Below are positions 1-12,520 of a DNA stretch of 64,000 bases, one piece after another (position 1 is the stretch's first letter; the number at the start of each line of letters is the position of its first letter). The position numbers and the translations under genes were made by a program. Source of the DNA: Octopus sinensis (lineage: Eukaryota); assembly GCF_006345805.1 (NCBI RefSeq), contig NC_043001.1, positions 4,154,001-4,218,000 on the forward strand, given 5' to 3'. The notes beneath the pieces were generated by a model. It did no database searches. It was not told where the DNA came from and was given only the letters and a program-made list of their open reading frames with translations.

Positions 1-505
1 TTTTTTCACTCTGGCGTTTTTGCTGAATTTTTTACTTGAGAACACCCTCTTCGTGATTAGGTGATTTGACGTCTATATCTAGCATATTAAGAGTCCACTT
101 TGGTGCTCAATCCTCTTAGTTTTGTATGTAAAATAAGTTTTAATCTTCGGATTTTTTTTTAAATATGCTAAACCACTAGTTCTAATTGATTAATATCAAT
201 TTCTACATTCATTATTTAATTCTTAAATAACGATGTTCTCTAACTAGTAAAGTGCTGCAGAAATTCATTAAGTGCAGATTTATTTCCCGTCCCGGGGCGC
301 CAAAACGAAGCATTTGAAAAATACGCAAAATATAATTTGCAAAACTTTATACATGCCCTCTTTCGGGTTCGCGTTCGGTGTGTAATTATAAAAAAGTATG
401 TTTTGTAAGAGACAGACTTCGCTGATGGGCCTGCAGATATTTACAAGCGTAAATATCAGCATATTTAATTTAATATTACATTTCTTTTCGTATTTAATAT
501 CAATA

Positions 506-674
<169 letters not shown>

Positions 675-1053
675 TGCTATATCATGCGCGGGGTCATAGA
701 AATAATCGGATTGAATACCCGATCGCGCGGTTAAACCATTGGGAGTGAAGGACTCCTAGCCTTTGTTAGGGCATCCTTCTACGAGAAGGTAACTCAGGTA
801 ACTAGGATAACTCTGACATAAAACCTGCGGCTCAGTGGTTACCGATGATGTTGACTTGTTCCTCTTTTCGGATTATGGCACTGCTGTTGCTTAGTCAGTG
901 GGATTGACTCAGTGCACAGCCTTTCCTCACTTTAAAAAAATCTTCCTGCACAGGCATTGCACGATAACAACATTGATTAAGCTTCGTGCTATGGCCATAC
1001 TCAATAACGATGGGGCGGCCACCATATGTACATATGTATATATATATACATAT

Positions 1054-1110
<57 letters not shown>

Positions 1111-1129
1111 ATATATATAAATATATACT

Positions 1130-1640
1130 CGAGCGGTTTATTTTCAATCACTATAATTCTTTGTACGCAATATAGTTCTCCAGGCGTGCAGGTACTTCAT
1201 CAAGCAACCATTTCCCTGCATTATGAGATCTAGTGTTTCCTCAGACGATATGTAAATAATGTTTTCGTACGTTCAAATTCTAGGCTTCAAGAGCATTCCA
1301 TCTGTTTGTCGTGGCCTGGACTTAGAAGTAACCAATGAGTTTATGAAACGTATGTTGACGCTGAAGAATTGTTGGCTAACTGCTTTGAATGTTTGATGGA
1401 GTGGTATGGTGATTCCGCTACTCTATTTGCACAGTGACTGGAACGTAAGCGTATTGAATGATGGATCAGCAAATTTTGTTGAGTTTTTAATATATCAAAT
1501 CTGAAATTGGCAACCTAACAATATCTGTTCTAATCAGAATGACCAGCGAAGTATTTGTAGTTGTGTGTGTATGCATGTGGGGAGAGAAATGATGTACAAT
1601 ATGTTGGAGAGCTCGTTGGTAGGCGACTGGGTTATTTTTT
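1130..1640 (-). mobile_element. Decayed 5' part of a Penelope-like element (leader plus N-terminal ORF relic)
   Basis: The reverse complement of about 1530-1620 (caacatattgtacatcat...caactacaaatacttcgctggtcattct) aligns by eye with 5365-5450, the leader of the clear PLE relic. The minus-strand translation has NTLTFQSLCK*SSGITIP, resembling the HLxFLxxC..GIxP motif of PLE N-termini (weak). Confidence 0.45.
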
Positions 1641-1773
1641 AATTTATAAGGTATTTTGGAAAGAAGTCGAGAGAAATGAACGAATTAAATTGATTGGAAT
1701 TTGGTTACTGTCTACTGTTCATTTGCGCTTCATGGTTGCGATTGTCCTTAGGTGACATTAAGAGTGCATGGTG

Positions 1774-1810
<37 letters not shown>

Positions 1811-1880
1811 TATTCTTACTAACGCTCGTACACACACACACTTACATACACACACATACACACACACACATATATATAAA

Positions 1881-2790
1881 TTTCTCCCCCCGACCCCTAC
1901 TTCTTCAGTCCTTCATCCTTTCACCCCTACTCCCCTTCCCTTCTTCCCTCTTTCTCCCTCCCTCTTCCCCTTCCCTCTGCTCCCTCACTCCCTCTCTCCC
2001 CTTCTCTCTCCCCCTCTCCATCTTTCCTCCTTCATCCCCGCATCCCCTTCCTTCTCCCCATCCTCTCCTCTCCCCCTTCTCCTCCCCCTCTTCTTCCCCT
2101 CCCCCTCTTCTCCTCACTACACCACATGACTTTACACATCACATCACATATGATGTGCCATACTAATACACACACCAACTAATACATACTAATACGTACT
2201 AATACATACTAGTACATACTAATACTTACACCAACCCTATACATACACACGTCCAGACCCCGCATACGCACTTATACTCTCTCACACACACACACCTATA
2301 CATACCAATACGTACTAATACATACTAATACATACTAATACATACACCAACCCCATACATACGCACGTCCAGACCAATCTTACGCACTAATACTCTCTCA
2401 TACACACACACACACACACACCCTTATACATACTAATACATACACCAACCCTATACATACACACATCCAGACCCCTCCCACGCACTTTTAGCTGGTCCCT
2501 CAACCCTTTTATCAACCCTATTATCTCCCCTTATTTCGCTCTCGCGTCTCATGATTGATCTTTGACCTCTGGCCGAAATCAGATCGCCATGTTGATTCGT
2601 TAGCTACTGCACGCATTTTTTTTCTCTCCTTCTTTCTGTGTTTTTCTCTCTCTGTGTATCTTTCTGTTGAAGAGCGTAGGCTCGAAACGTTAAAGACTTG
2701 TTTTATTTATATTTCCTGAGCGCCATACTAATACAATTGTTCGTTTGTTTTCCACCTGCCTTCGTCTTTTGTTTATTTTCATAAAGCTTC
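1881..2790 (+). mobile_element. Non-coding repeat copy A: 3'/pLTR-like end of a Penelope-like or retrozyme-like element carrying an HHR-like motif
   Basis: Near-identical to the inverted copy at 6795-7528. It ends ...ataaagcttc, 4 nt before a (TA)n tract, and contains CTGTTGAAGAGCGTAGGCTCGAAACGT. The PLE assignment is inferred from the HHR-type terminal motif. Confidence 0.7.
2659..2696 (+). ncRNA. Minimal type I hammerhead-like motif, variant core CUGUUGA plus an extra A
   Basis: TCTTT | CTGTTGA | A | GAGC-GTAG-GCTC | GAAA | CG | TT | AAAGA. Stem I is 5 bp, stem II is 4 bp, stem III is the palindrome AACGUU, and the putative cleavage triplet is GUU. Confidence 0.55.
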
Positions 2791-3319
2791 CCGTTATATA
2801 TATATATATATACACGTGGATACATACAACCCTGAATACTATAAACGCGAACGGGCACACAAATGTACATATAGAAATACAACCAGACACACGCACACAT
2901 GGAAAGGGGAAGGGGGAGCGATCGAGTTGACTGAAATATTATTATTATTATTATTGTTCCACTGTATTGACTCTGGACAATGCAAATTTGGCGCGGTGGC
3001 AACATCTTCGGACTTTCTCATCATGCTTATTTATCCAGTTTCCGTTCCTTAACAGTAACAGAATACACAAGCCAAGCTCAAGGCGCAACATACATTCGCG
3101 GCATAATATATCACACGATCTTTCTATTGACCATTTTATTTCATATTTTATTTTACTTCCTTTTAATCTCCTCATTAGATCCGCTAGTAATCTTGCATGT
3201 CGCCGGACGGCTTATCTTTCGAGATGAGCTGACATCGTTGCGATAGCCGACCTTGATTGGTTTTCGGGGGCTCCTATGTACACGTCTTGAATATAACTGA
3301 ACATTATAAAGAAATCTTG

Positions 3320-3352
<33 letters not shown>

Positions 3353-3369
3353 CACACACACACACACAC

Positions 3370-3415
<46 letters not shown>

Positions 3416-4937
3416 AACAACTGGATGTAAGGTTTACGACGTCTTAACTTTAAAAGACCTAAATTCTGACACGAATAGAGGTGAGTAATTTTAATTATAT
3501 ATATATAAATATAACGAGAGAGAGAGAGAGAGAATAAGAAAATGGAGGGAAAACACTAAGACACACTTCTCATTGTTATTTATTTTTCCTTTTTCTTATC
3601 GTCTATATATACATTATGCTACAGTTTACCTTTTAAATTATCTATTACCATATACGTTATAATAAGGACCATACATACTGAAGTAAATTACCAGAGGTGC
3701 ATCTGGATACTTGTATCCCTTGGATGGTTTAAACACCTCTAACTTATACCTTACAAACACACACACACACATACACACACACACAAACACACACACACAC
3801 ACATACAATACACACACACACAAACACACCCACACAAACGCACACACACTCACACACACACATATATATATAAATATTCGTGCACTTTTGTCTGCTGTAT
3901 TGTAATTTGCATGAAATTTATTATACGTAAAATTTAGGGCATAACCTAACTTTTTGTATGCTTTATACCTTTTGTAATTTCGAGATCTATACTTAATGCT
4001 TTCCAATCCAAATTAAATTTCTTTTATTATAATTCTATACATATTTAATCACCGTCTTAGTTTCACCATTTTCCTTCTTATTCAACTCCTACAAAGCAGG
4101 CGTATGCTTTCATATATGCATGCACTCGGAACTAACACATATTCGTCTTCACTCTGCCATTCTTTTCATTTTGCTTATTTACTTCACATAAGTATTTTTC
4201 CTCGTCGATAATAACACCTTTTTCATTACGCTCTTTCATATTACCTCTTCATTTGATTATTGTACTTTTTCTCATTTTCTCACACTATTAACCTATATAG
4301 GTGTACGTATCTTTCAACTTAATCTAATAGAAAGATTATTTTTACTTTTCTTACATTAGGATATATTTGTTTAAAGGCTTTTTTCTTATATAATTATTCA
4401 ATCTTATTCTGTTTTCTTACGAATGATAACTGATAAGCTAAGTCTTAAAATGTTTAATTCTGCTTCTCTGTTTTCTGTGTAATGAGGCACAATGACGCTA
4501 ACTCTTTTCAATGAAAATTTGCCATCTCAAAATTCTATGTACATTTTCAAGCGTAGATACTTGTGTTCCTAGCTACATCTCTTGCCTGTCAACTGAAACA
4601 CGCAGCATTCTTTAAATTCGTTAATTCAACAACGTTATGTAAAATTTGTTATGTAAATATTTATTTTGTTAAATTTCTTTTGTTGGGTTTCATTTATTTC
4701 TACATGCAGAGGTTGAAATTCATCTCCTATATAAATATTGTGGCCATAGATTGCGCTTTAATCGAGAGCCGTTTTAAAAATCAATTGGAAAGGTAATGTG
4801 TGCTTTGAACTAGCGTTGAATGATCCCAAATTTCTTTTAGTTTATATTATGTCTGTCACGTGCCTTGATGCTTAATTTATCATTTATTTCTGTCTAATTA
4901 TTTCCATATTCGTTTCTAAAATGAAACAATTGAAACA

Positions 4938-5353
4938 GGCGCAGGAGTGGCTGTGTGGTAAGTAGCTTGCTAACCAACCACATGGTTCCGGGTTCAGTCC
5001 CACTGCGTAGCATCTTGGGCAAGTGTCTTCTGCTATAGCCCCGGGCCGACCAATGCCTTGTGAGTGGATTTGGTAGACGGAAACTGAAAGAAGCCTATCG
5101 TATATATGTATATATATATATATGTGTATGTGTTTGTGTGTCTGTGTTTGTCTCCCTAGCATTGCTTGACAACCGATGCTGGTGTGTTTACGTCCCCGTC
5201 ACTTAGCGGTTCGGCAAAAGAGACTGATAGAATAAGTACTGGGCTTACAAAGAATAAGTCCCGGGGTCGATTTTCTCGACTAAAGGCGGTGCTCCAGCAT
5301 GGCCGCAGTCAAATGACTGAAACAAGTAAAAGAGTAAAAGAGTAAAGAGTAAA
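4938..5353 (+). mobile_element. tRNA-headed SINE, full length (octopus-type family 1, internal TA/TG microsatellite)
   Basis: The head ggcgcaggagtggctgtgtggtaag...ggttccgggttcagtccc has A/B-box-like motifs. It has a CORE-like cttgggcaagtgtctt and an (aaagagt)n tail. Further copies lie at 16022, 36095, 43765 and 49625. Confidence 0.9.
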
Positions 5354-6150
5354 TTTATAACCTCTAGCTTCGTGCTACAAACATATTGTGCATCATCTAC
5401 CCCAACATCTATACATACACAAACAACCACAAATACTTCCTAGTCATTCTTTTGAAAGCAGATTAATTTTCGAATTTTTCAGTGGTGTACTCTGTCTATT
5501 TTTTTAACTTCATCCCACGGGGAGGGGTCACCATTTTTCCATACATGCTCAGCTATACCCGATTTATCAATATCTCCTCGTGTCATATGTGAACTCAATA
5601 AATCTACCCATACAGCTCACAATAGAAAAGGAAAAAGACAATCAGCTGGCATTCCTGGACGTAATAATAACACGCACCAAGTATGGATTCGGGACTTCCG
5701 TATATCGGCTTGCGGGAAGCCGTCCTTCACTGTACGATACTTCAACTTCAATTCCCACCATCCATACAGTGTAAAGAGAGGGATTGCTCAGCGACTAAAA
5801 CATCGTGCAAAGTATATAAGCATCGATCGTGATACACACCACAAAGAAATGGTTAAGCTCAATAACGATCTGTTAAGCAAGAACTACCCCAAAAGCATAC
5901 TCTCCACTCCAATTCTGGAAAAGAGAGAGGATGAGGCCAATAAACTATCCACAGTCTGTCTACTCTATTTCAAAGGCCTCACTGAAAAGATACAAAAGAT
6001 AGGAGGCCCATATGACATCAGGACAGTATTCAAGTGTAATACAACGCTTCGCAAATATCTCCTTCGAGCAAAACCACCAATAGAAGACAATATGAACAAA
6101 GACTGTGTGTATTCCATCCCATGCAGCTGTGGTAGGTTATATAAAGGCGG
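5354..6150 (+). pseudogene. Internally deleted Penelope-like element: RT C-terminus/thumb, linker and start of the GIY-YIG endonuclease
   Basis: Frameshifted peptides VNSINLPIQLTIEKEKDNQLAFLDVIITRT..GFGTSVYR, YFNFNSHHPYSVKRGIAQRLKHRA and VYSIPCSCGRLYKG are hallmark PLE motifs. Confidence 0.9.
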
Positions 6151-6311
6151 AGGGAATGTATATCACTTACCATGAAGGTTTGTAATATAAATTACTTAAT
6201 AAGTATAAGATTTTATTTCGATGTTTATTCGATTAAGTAATTAATCAATAATTTAAATTAATGTATATAGTTTTATTTATAGTATTTAGTTTTCACTTAA
6301 TGTATATTTTG

Positions 6312-6364
<53 letters not shown>

Positions 6365-6498
6365 ATTTTAATATTTTAATTAGTTGTATCTTCTTTTTAA
6401 GCAAGAATATATTTATTAAGCTACTTCGTATTTTACAAAAGTATTTACGTATATTTATTAATTTATCTAATTAATCATTTTATTATTGTTGTTATCTT

Positions 6499-6581
6499 TA
6501 ACCTGATAAGTGGCTATATTTATATTGAATTGATTTTACTAATATCCTTTCTTAAATATAGCCACGAAACACGTGTCGTTA
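6499..6581 (+). ncRNA. Type I hammerhead ribozyme fold with a perfect 13-bp stem II and a G8-to-A core change
   Basis: TAAC(6499-6502) CTGATAA GTGGCTATATTTA(6510-6522)...TAAATATAGCCAC(6553-6565) GAAA CACGTGT C(6577) GTTA(6578-6581). All three stems pair and the triplet is GUC. Confidence 0.72.
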
Positions 6582-6747
6582 TTCAACGAAATATATACGT
6601 TTTATTTATTATTTTGCACATTACGTAATCATTGTTGTATCTTTTCTCTTATATTTAATCTTTCTATAATACATAATGATTCAAAATGTTCTAATTTAAT
6701 TGATAATAGGTGTTATTATTCAAATTTATATATATTATATATATAGA

Positions 6748-6794
<47 letters not shown>

Positions 6795-6797
<3 letters not shown>

Positions 6798-7158
6798 GCT
6801 TTATGAATAACAAAAGACGAAGGCAGGTGGAAGACAAACGAACAATTGTATTAGTATGGCGCTCAGGAAATATAAATAAAACAAGTCTTTAACGTTTCGA
6901 GCCTACGCTCTTCAACAGAAAGATACACAGAGAGAGAAAAACAGAAAGAAGGAGAGAAAAAAAATGCGTGCAGTAGCTAACGAATCAACATGGCGATCTG
7001 ATTTCGGCCAGAGGTCAAAGATCAAACATGAGACGCGAGAGCGAAATAAGGGAGATAATAGGGTTGATAAAAGGGTTGAGTGACCAGCTAAAAGTGCGTG
7101 GGAGGGGTCTGGATGTGGTGTATGTATAGGGTTGGTGTATGTATTAGTATGTATACGG

Positions 7159-7189
<31 letters not shown>

Positions 7190-7528
7190 AGAGAGTATTA
7201 GTGCGTAAGATTGGTCTGGACGTGCGTATGTATGGGGTGGTGTATGTATTAGTATGTATTAGTACGTATTGGTATGTATAGGTGTGTGTGTGTGTGTGAG
7301 AGAGTATAAGTGCGTATGCGGGGTCTGGACGTGTGTATGTATAGGGTTGGTGTAAGTATTAGTATGTATTAGTATGTATTAGTATGTATTAGTTGGTGTG
7401 TGTATTAGTATGGCACATCATATGTGATGTGATGTGTAAAGTCATGTGGTGTAGTGAGGAGAAGAGGGGGAGGGGGAGAAGAGGGGGGAGAGAAGGGGAG
7501 GGGAAGAAGAGGGGGAGGAGAAGGGGGA
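6795..7528 (-). mobile_element. Non-coding repeat copy B, an inverted copy of 2071-2790, embedded in (TA)n
   Basis: The reverse complement matches 2071-2790, with about 7 small differences in the terminal 290 bp by eye. (TA)n lies on both sides. Confidence 0.8.
6886..6923 (-). ncRNA. Minimal hammerhead-like motif, identical to 2659-2696
   Basis: tctttaacgtttcgagcctacgctcttcaacagaaaga is the exact reverse complement of 2659-2696. Confidence 0.55.
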
Positions 7529-8949
7529 AATATATATATATATATATATATATGCACATATATGTTTACATAGTTATAAAAATAGGTGCAGATATATAAA
7601 TCTAAATATATTGTGAAAATAAAACGTACATTAATTTCGGTTATCCTGACTTTCCCCTGACGTTCATGGAGATTAAAGCGAGAGGTACTGTGAACGTGAA
7701 ATATTGTTAGATTACGTTCAATACGCATATTTAAGTAACATCACAGAGAGTAAAAAGAAGTATCAAACTCCAAATGATGGTGAATCTCGTTGTGAAGAAA
7801 TATACGAAATATCTCAAATTGCTAAAACTGAATTAGAAATCTGTAAAAGTGAGAACAATAATGATGTTAAAGAATATCATGAAACATAACTCCGTTAAGC
7901 TTTGTGGAGAATATTTCCTGTGAAATCAATTTTCATCAGCGAGTACAATGTTGCAGAAATAATATTTATTTTTTTATGTATTAATTATGAAATATAATTA
8001 ACTAAAATATAAAAATGTATTTCATGTTGTCTCCCCAATTAGAATCATGTTAAATCATATCAAGAACAATTTAGTGTTATGGAGAAAACATAAACTAGTA
8101 ACAAATACTAATTTTTGGCGCGACCAAATGTAAAACGAAACAAAACGAAACGCAATAAATATTCGAGGAAAATTGAAATTAGATATTAAATAGAGTTTTA
8201 AAATTATCAAAATGTTTATAATATTTTTAAAAACTGTTTTAAACAGAAGTCGAATAATGACTGTTGCAATTGAAATATTCTTTATCGAATTACTGCAAAA
8301 ATCAATGAAATTTACTGAAAGAAATGCAAGATTGGCTATAAGTGTGCTGTTAATAATTCACTTAGTTCAGACATGCGCGCCATACACAGATATGTAAGGT
8401 ATGTATTGTAGCTAGGCAACACAAAAGAAGAAGTTTTAGTAACAATCCTGTAATATGTCGATAGAAATTTAATATTTTTAGGATAAAGTTATGAAGATGT
8501 GAATAATAATTATTTCGAATTTAAGCGGGGTATTCAAGGAGAAAAGAAGGATGTGGTAGGAAAGAATGGTAGGCTACTCTTGAAGAACACAAATACGATA
8601 AAGTATGCCCTTCAGCCAGGTCGAATGAACACTTGCATATATAAAATCCATAGGTGAAATACATGCACCTATTCTAAACAATATATATGACTGATTGCTT
8701 CAGCGTTTGTGGGTGTGTGAACGTGTGTACGTACGAATATGTAGTTGTGTGCCTGTTTCAGTTTATTAAAGTTTTTCAATAAAAGGGATCCTTAAATATT
8801 AACCCCTTATACATTTGGCACGGTAATGTTTGTAACAGAAAGCGTGAGCCTGTGGAAATGTCATGGTCAATTTGCTACAATATAATTACAGTATGGTGGA
8901 TGAATCTCATTTAAGATCACCCATGTATTCGTATACACACACATATATA

Positions 8950-9255
<306 letters not shown>

Positions 9256-9256
<1 letters not shown>

Positions 9257-9469
9257 TGGAGTAAACACATAAATGTGAAACAAGGTGGAAAAAGGAGTAC
9301 TCAAATACCAGTGGTAAAGTAATATGCTTTATTTAAAGCAGCAGAAAATTCAACAAAGCCTGTTACTCTGAGTTTCCCTTTGCCGTTCATCGGACAGTTT
9401 TTGAACGGTAACGGGAAACTCAGAGTAACAAGTTTTGTTGAATTTTCTGCTGCTTTATATAAAGTATAT
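9256..9469. mobile_element. PLE-like terminal fragment with an inverted duplication (63-bp hairpin) inserted in (TA)n
   Basis: Arms 9327-9389 and 9402-9464 are reverse complements with 5 mismatches around a 12-nt loop. Each arm contains GAAACTCAGAGTA. Confidence 0.7.
9359..9398 (-). ncRNA. Minimal type I hammerhead-like motif, variant core CCGAUGA, stem II partly decayed
   Basis: The minus strand reads CTGT CCGATGA ACG-GCAA-AGG GAAA CTC-A-GAG T A ACAG. Stem I is CUGU/ACAG, stem III is the near-palindrome ACUC-A-GAGU, and the triplet is GUA. Confidence 0.5.
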
Positions 9470-9528
9470 CTATATATATATATATATATATATATGTCTC
9501 TCTCCCTCTCTCTCTCTCTCTCTCTATC

Positions 9529-9562
<34 letters not shown>

Positions 9563-10839
9563 ATATATATATATATATCAAGGAATAACATAACTGTTTA
9601 ATAACCAGCTTTGTTTTGCCATTATTGTTGCGACAATCATCATTGTTGAGTAATATATCTTAGACTGCATGTATCTTTATACTATAAAAAATATACGTAA
9701 TAATAATGATGAAGATAGTAATAATAACAATAACAAGCAACAACAACAACAATAATAATAATAATAATAATAAATTGTAATATAATATAATATCACAATC
9801 TTTATAGTCATTAGTGGGTAAAAATCTATAATTATTAACACACTATAATTATTATTGAAGAAGATTAATTTTGTTGCAAAAATACAAAAAGTAAATGTTC
9901 ACAGAATTATAAAAAAAAACAAAGCAACAGCAAAAAAAGAAAGACAAACAGAAAGTGAATTGAATATTTTAAAATAAAATTAATAAATAACACTTGAATA
10001 TTATCGTATTTTATGTGAAGATGGAAGTGATATTTTCTGGAAAATTTTAATTATATCACTTTTTCGTGTATATTATTTCTTTATTCATATATTTTTACCT
10101 GTTTTGGTGTAGGATGATATTCTGCTTTAAAATAAGAAACAAAAATACTAAAAAATTAATTCATGAAAATATGAGAAGGATGGAACTAGTCAACAAATAA
10201 ACCAAAATATGATTAAAAAAAAGTCAGACATATTTCAATGCTATTGTTTAATGAGTATAATAAATGCTAAAACTTTTGTTAAAAATTAAAACTACATTAC
10301 AGATATAACAAACTTTCAAAAAGTCTAAACACCAAAGACTATTCTAATAAATTCCAGTTATGAATGATTAAAACTCAGCGTAACATAGTATTAAAGATCT
10401 GCTATACAGTATATTGAGTAATTATAAAATAATAAAATAGAAATTCTGAGAGAGGAGACGATGCAAAGTTGCGCTTATTTCGTTACAACATCTGAAGATT
10501 CGGAACACATTGAAGCCGGAACAAGTGATGTGTGCGTGTGTGCGCGCGCGTATGTGTGTGTGTGTGTATCTATGTATATATATATATGTGTGTGTGTATA
10601 TATAATGGTGTGTGTAGGTGAGTGTATGTATGTATATATGTGCGTGTATATATATATACATATATGTATAGACATACATACATAGTTACGTAAAGTCGCA
10701 TATATACACATGCTTATATGTGCTTGTATGTATGCATATATTCACGCGAAATCATACATATACAGAAGCGCACACGTATACACTTGGTCTGAGTGAATTC
10801 ATTTCCAAACTCACAATAACATCCATATCTACCTCTTTC

Positions 10840-10878
<39 letters not shown>

Positions 10879-10960
10879 CCTTCGTGCGCATGCATGCATT
10901 TATGCACACACATATATGTAATCATATAGTATGATTTATATATACATATATACGCATATA

Positions 10961-10991
<31 letters not shown>

Positions 10992-12189
10992 CCATCTTGG
11001 TGTACATATATATATATATATATGTTTATATATGCATAAATATACATATATGTTTATATATATATATATATGTGTGTACGTGTGTGTGTGTCTGTGTATC
11101 CACAGCACATACCTATATTCAGTGTTACATACTGGAGCACACATTCACGCGCATATACAGATACATAGACGCCTTCATCTATTTACCTGTGCATGTAACT
11201 GCTATCCTCCTCCTATTGTTAATAATTATTCATTATGTACTTCCAAGCCAAATAATTGATCGTCATTATATTATCTTTGAATTAAATTATTGACAAAACA
11301 ATGTAAAAGGATTTTGTGAAGGAGATTCTTGCATTAAAATTATGGATTTGGAAATCACAGGACTCTACCAAAACAGATTTACAATTATGTAGTTTTATTG
11401 TTTTCCTTCCTTTTCTTTTAAAAACATTGTTGCTACCTGAGCTTTATTTTGAAATTTTCTTTGTGTTCTTTTGTCGTATATTAATGTTTTCGATGGCTTG
11501 ATCTTTTATTGTATATTGTTTCAAAGTGAATTTTATAACTCCCAAGCTTTTACTGTAGTAAATTATTAATATAGCTGAATTGATAATGAGGAAACCATTA
11601 TAAACTTTTAAATATTTCTGAATAAAAGAGTCTGTTATGAACCTTATATTCAACATTCAATTATTCAAACATTTACTCTACCTTTAACGTTTTCACTACT
11701 ACACCGATTGCTTCGACAATTTTTGCAATCTTTTGTCATTTCTCCACAGATTTATCTAGAATCAGTGTCTGTTGCATTTCTTAGGAAATCTCAGAATGTC
11801 ACACACGGAATATGTTAAGGTTTTCAACATCTTGACCGCTTCATTTCAATCTTTAGCGTATAATATAATCATGCGATTCTGATATTTTTTTATTTTGATT
11901 ATAGACCAAATGAACATAGTTAGAGGGTTTATCAGAATATTTGATTATGTTTATTTTTATTGCTAGGTCGAAGGCCAAGAACGGAGAGAATATATTAAGC
12001 GTCACGAAGTATGTGTTGCCGTATTTGTTCCGGTTCAAATGTTCACGTTTCATCAATTCAGAGAGTATCAAGTAAAGTATTCGCGAAATATTGGGTTCAA
12101 TATTATCGACGATATGCCTCCCATCAAATTTGCTAGCTTTGTGTTTCAATCTGAAACTATTATTATTATCATTATGATTATAACTATTA

Positions 12190-12520
12190 AAGGGTAAAGA
12201 CCCCCTTCGGTCATGAGTGACCATGGGTTTGCACCTAGAGAGTTACCCTCTGAGGCACAAGTCTGGGCAAGGTTGTTTTTATGGAAGACCAGCAGTCGCC
12301 CATGCATACCGGCCTCCCCTCTCCACGTCACCAGTGTTATCCAAGGGAAAGACAAAGGTCGATACAGCTTGGCACCAGTGACGTCGCAACTCATTTCTAC
12401 TGGAGCAACGTGAAATAAAGTGCTTTGCTCAAGAACACAACACGCAGCCCGGTCCGGGATTCGAACTCACAACCTCACGATCGTAAGCTCGACGCTCTAA
12501 CCACTGAGCCATGCGCCTCC
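12190..12520 (-). mobile_element. tRNA-headed SINE (family 2), full length with a 10-bp TSD
   Basis: The minus-strand head GGAGGCGCATGGCTCAGTGGTTAGAGCG...GAGTTCGAATCCCGG has A and B boxes. The direct repeat ataactatta occurs at 12180-12189 and 12521-12530. Confidence 0.92.

Noticed and set aside
741-815. HDV-like ribozyme fold
   Set aside because: P1 and P3 can be forced, but there is no P1.1, no P2 and no catalytic C in J4/2.
7677-7889. Short stop-free frame SERYCEREILLDYVQ...KEYHET
   Set aside because: It has no recognisable homology and no convincing splice signals, and its length is compatible with chance.
12440-12520. tRNA gene (also 13521-13590 and 4938-5010)
   Set aside because: A and B boxes are present, but the acceptor stem and cloverleaf are imperfect. 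They continue into repeated SINE bodies with tails and TSDs.
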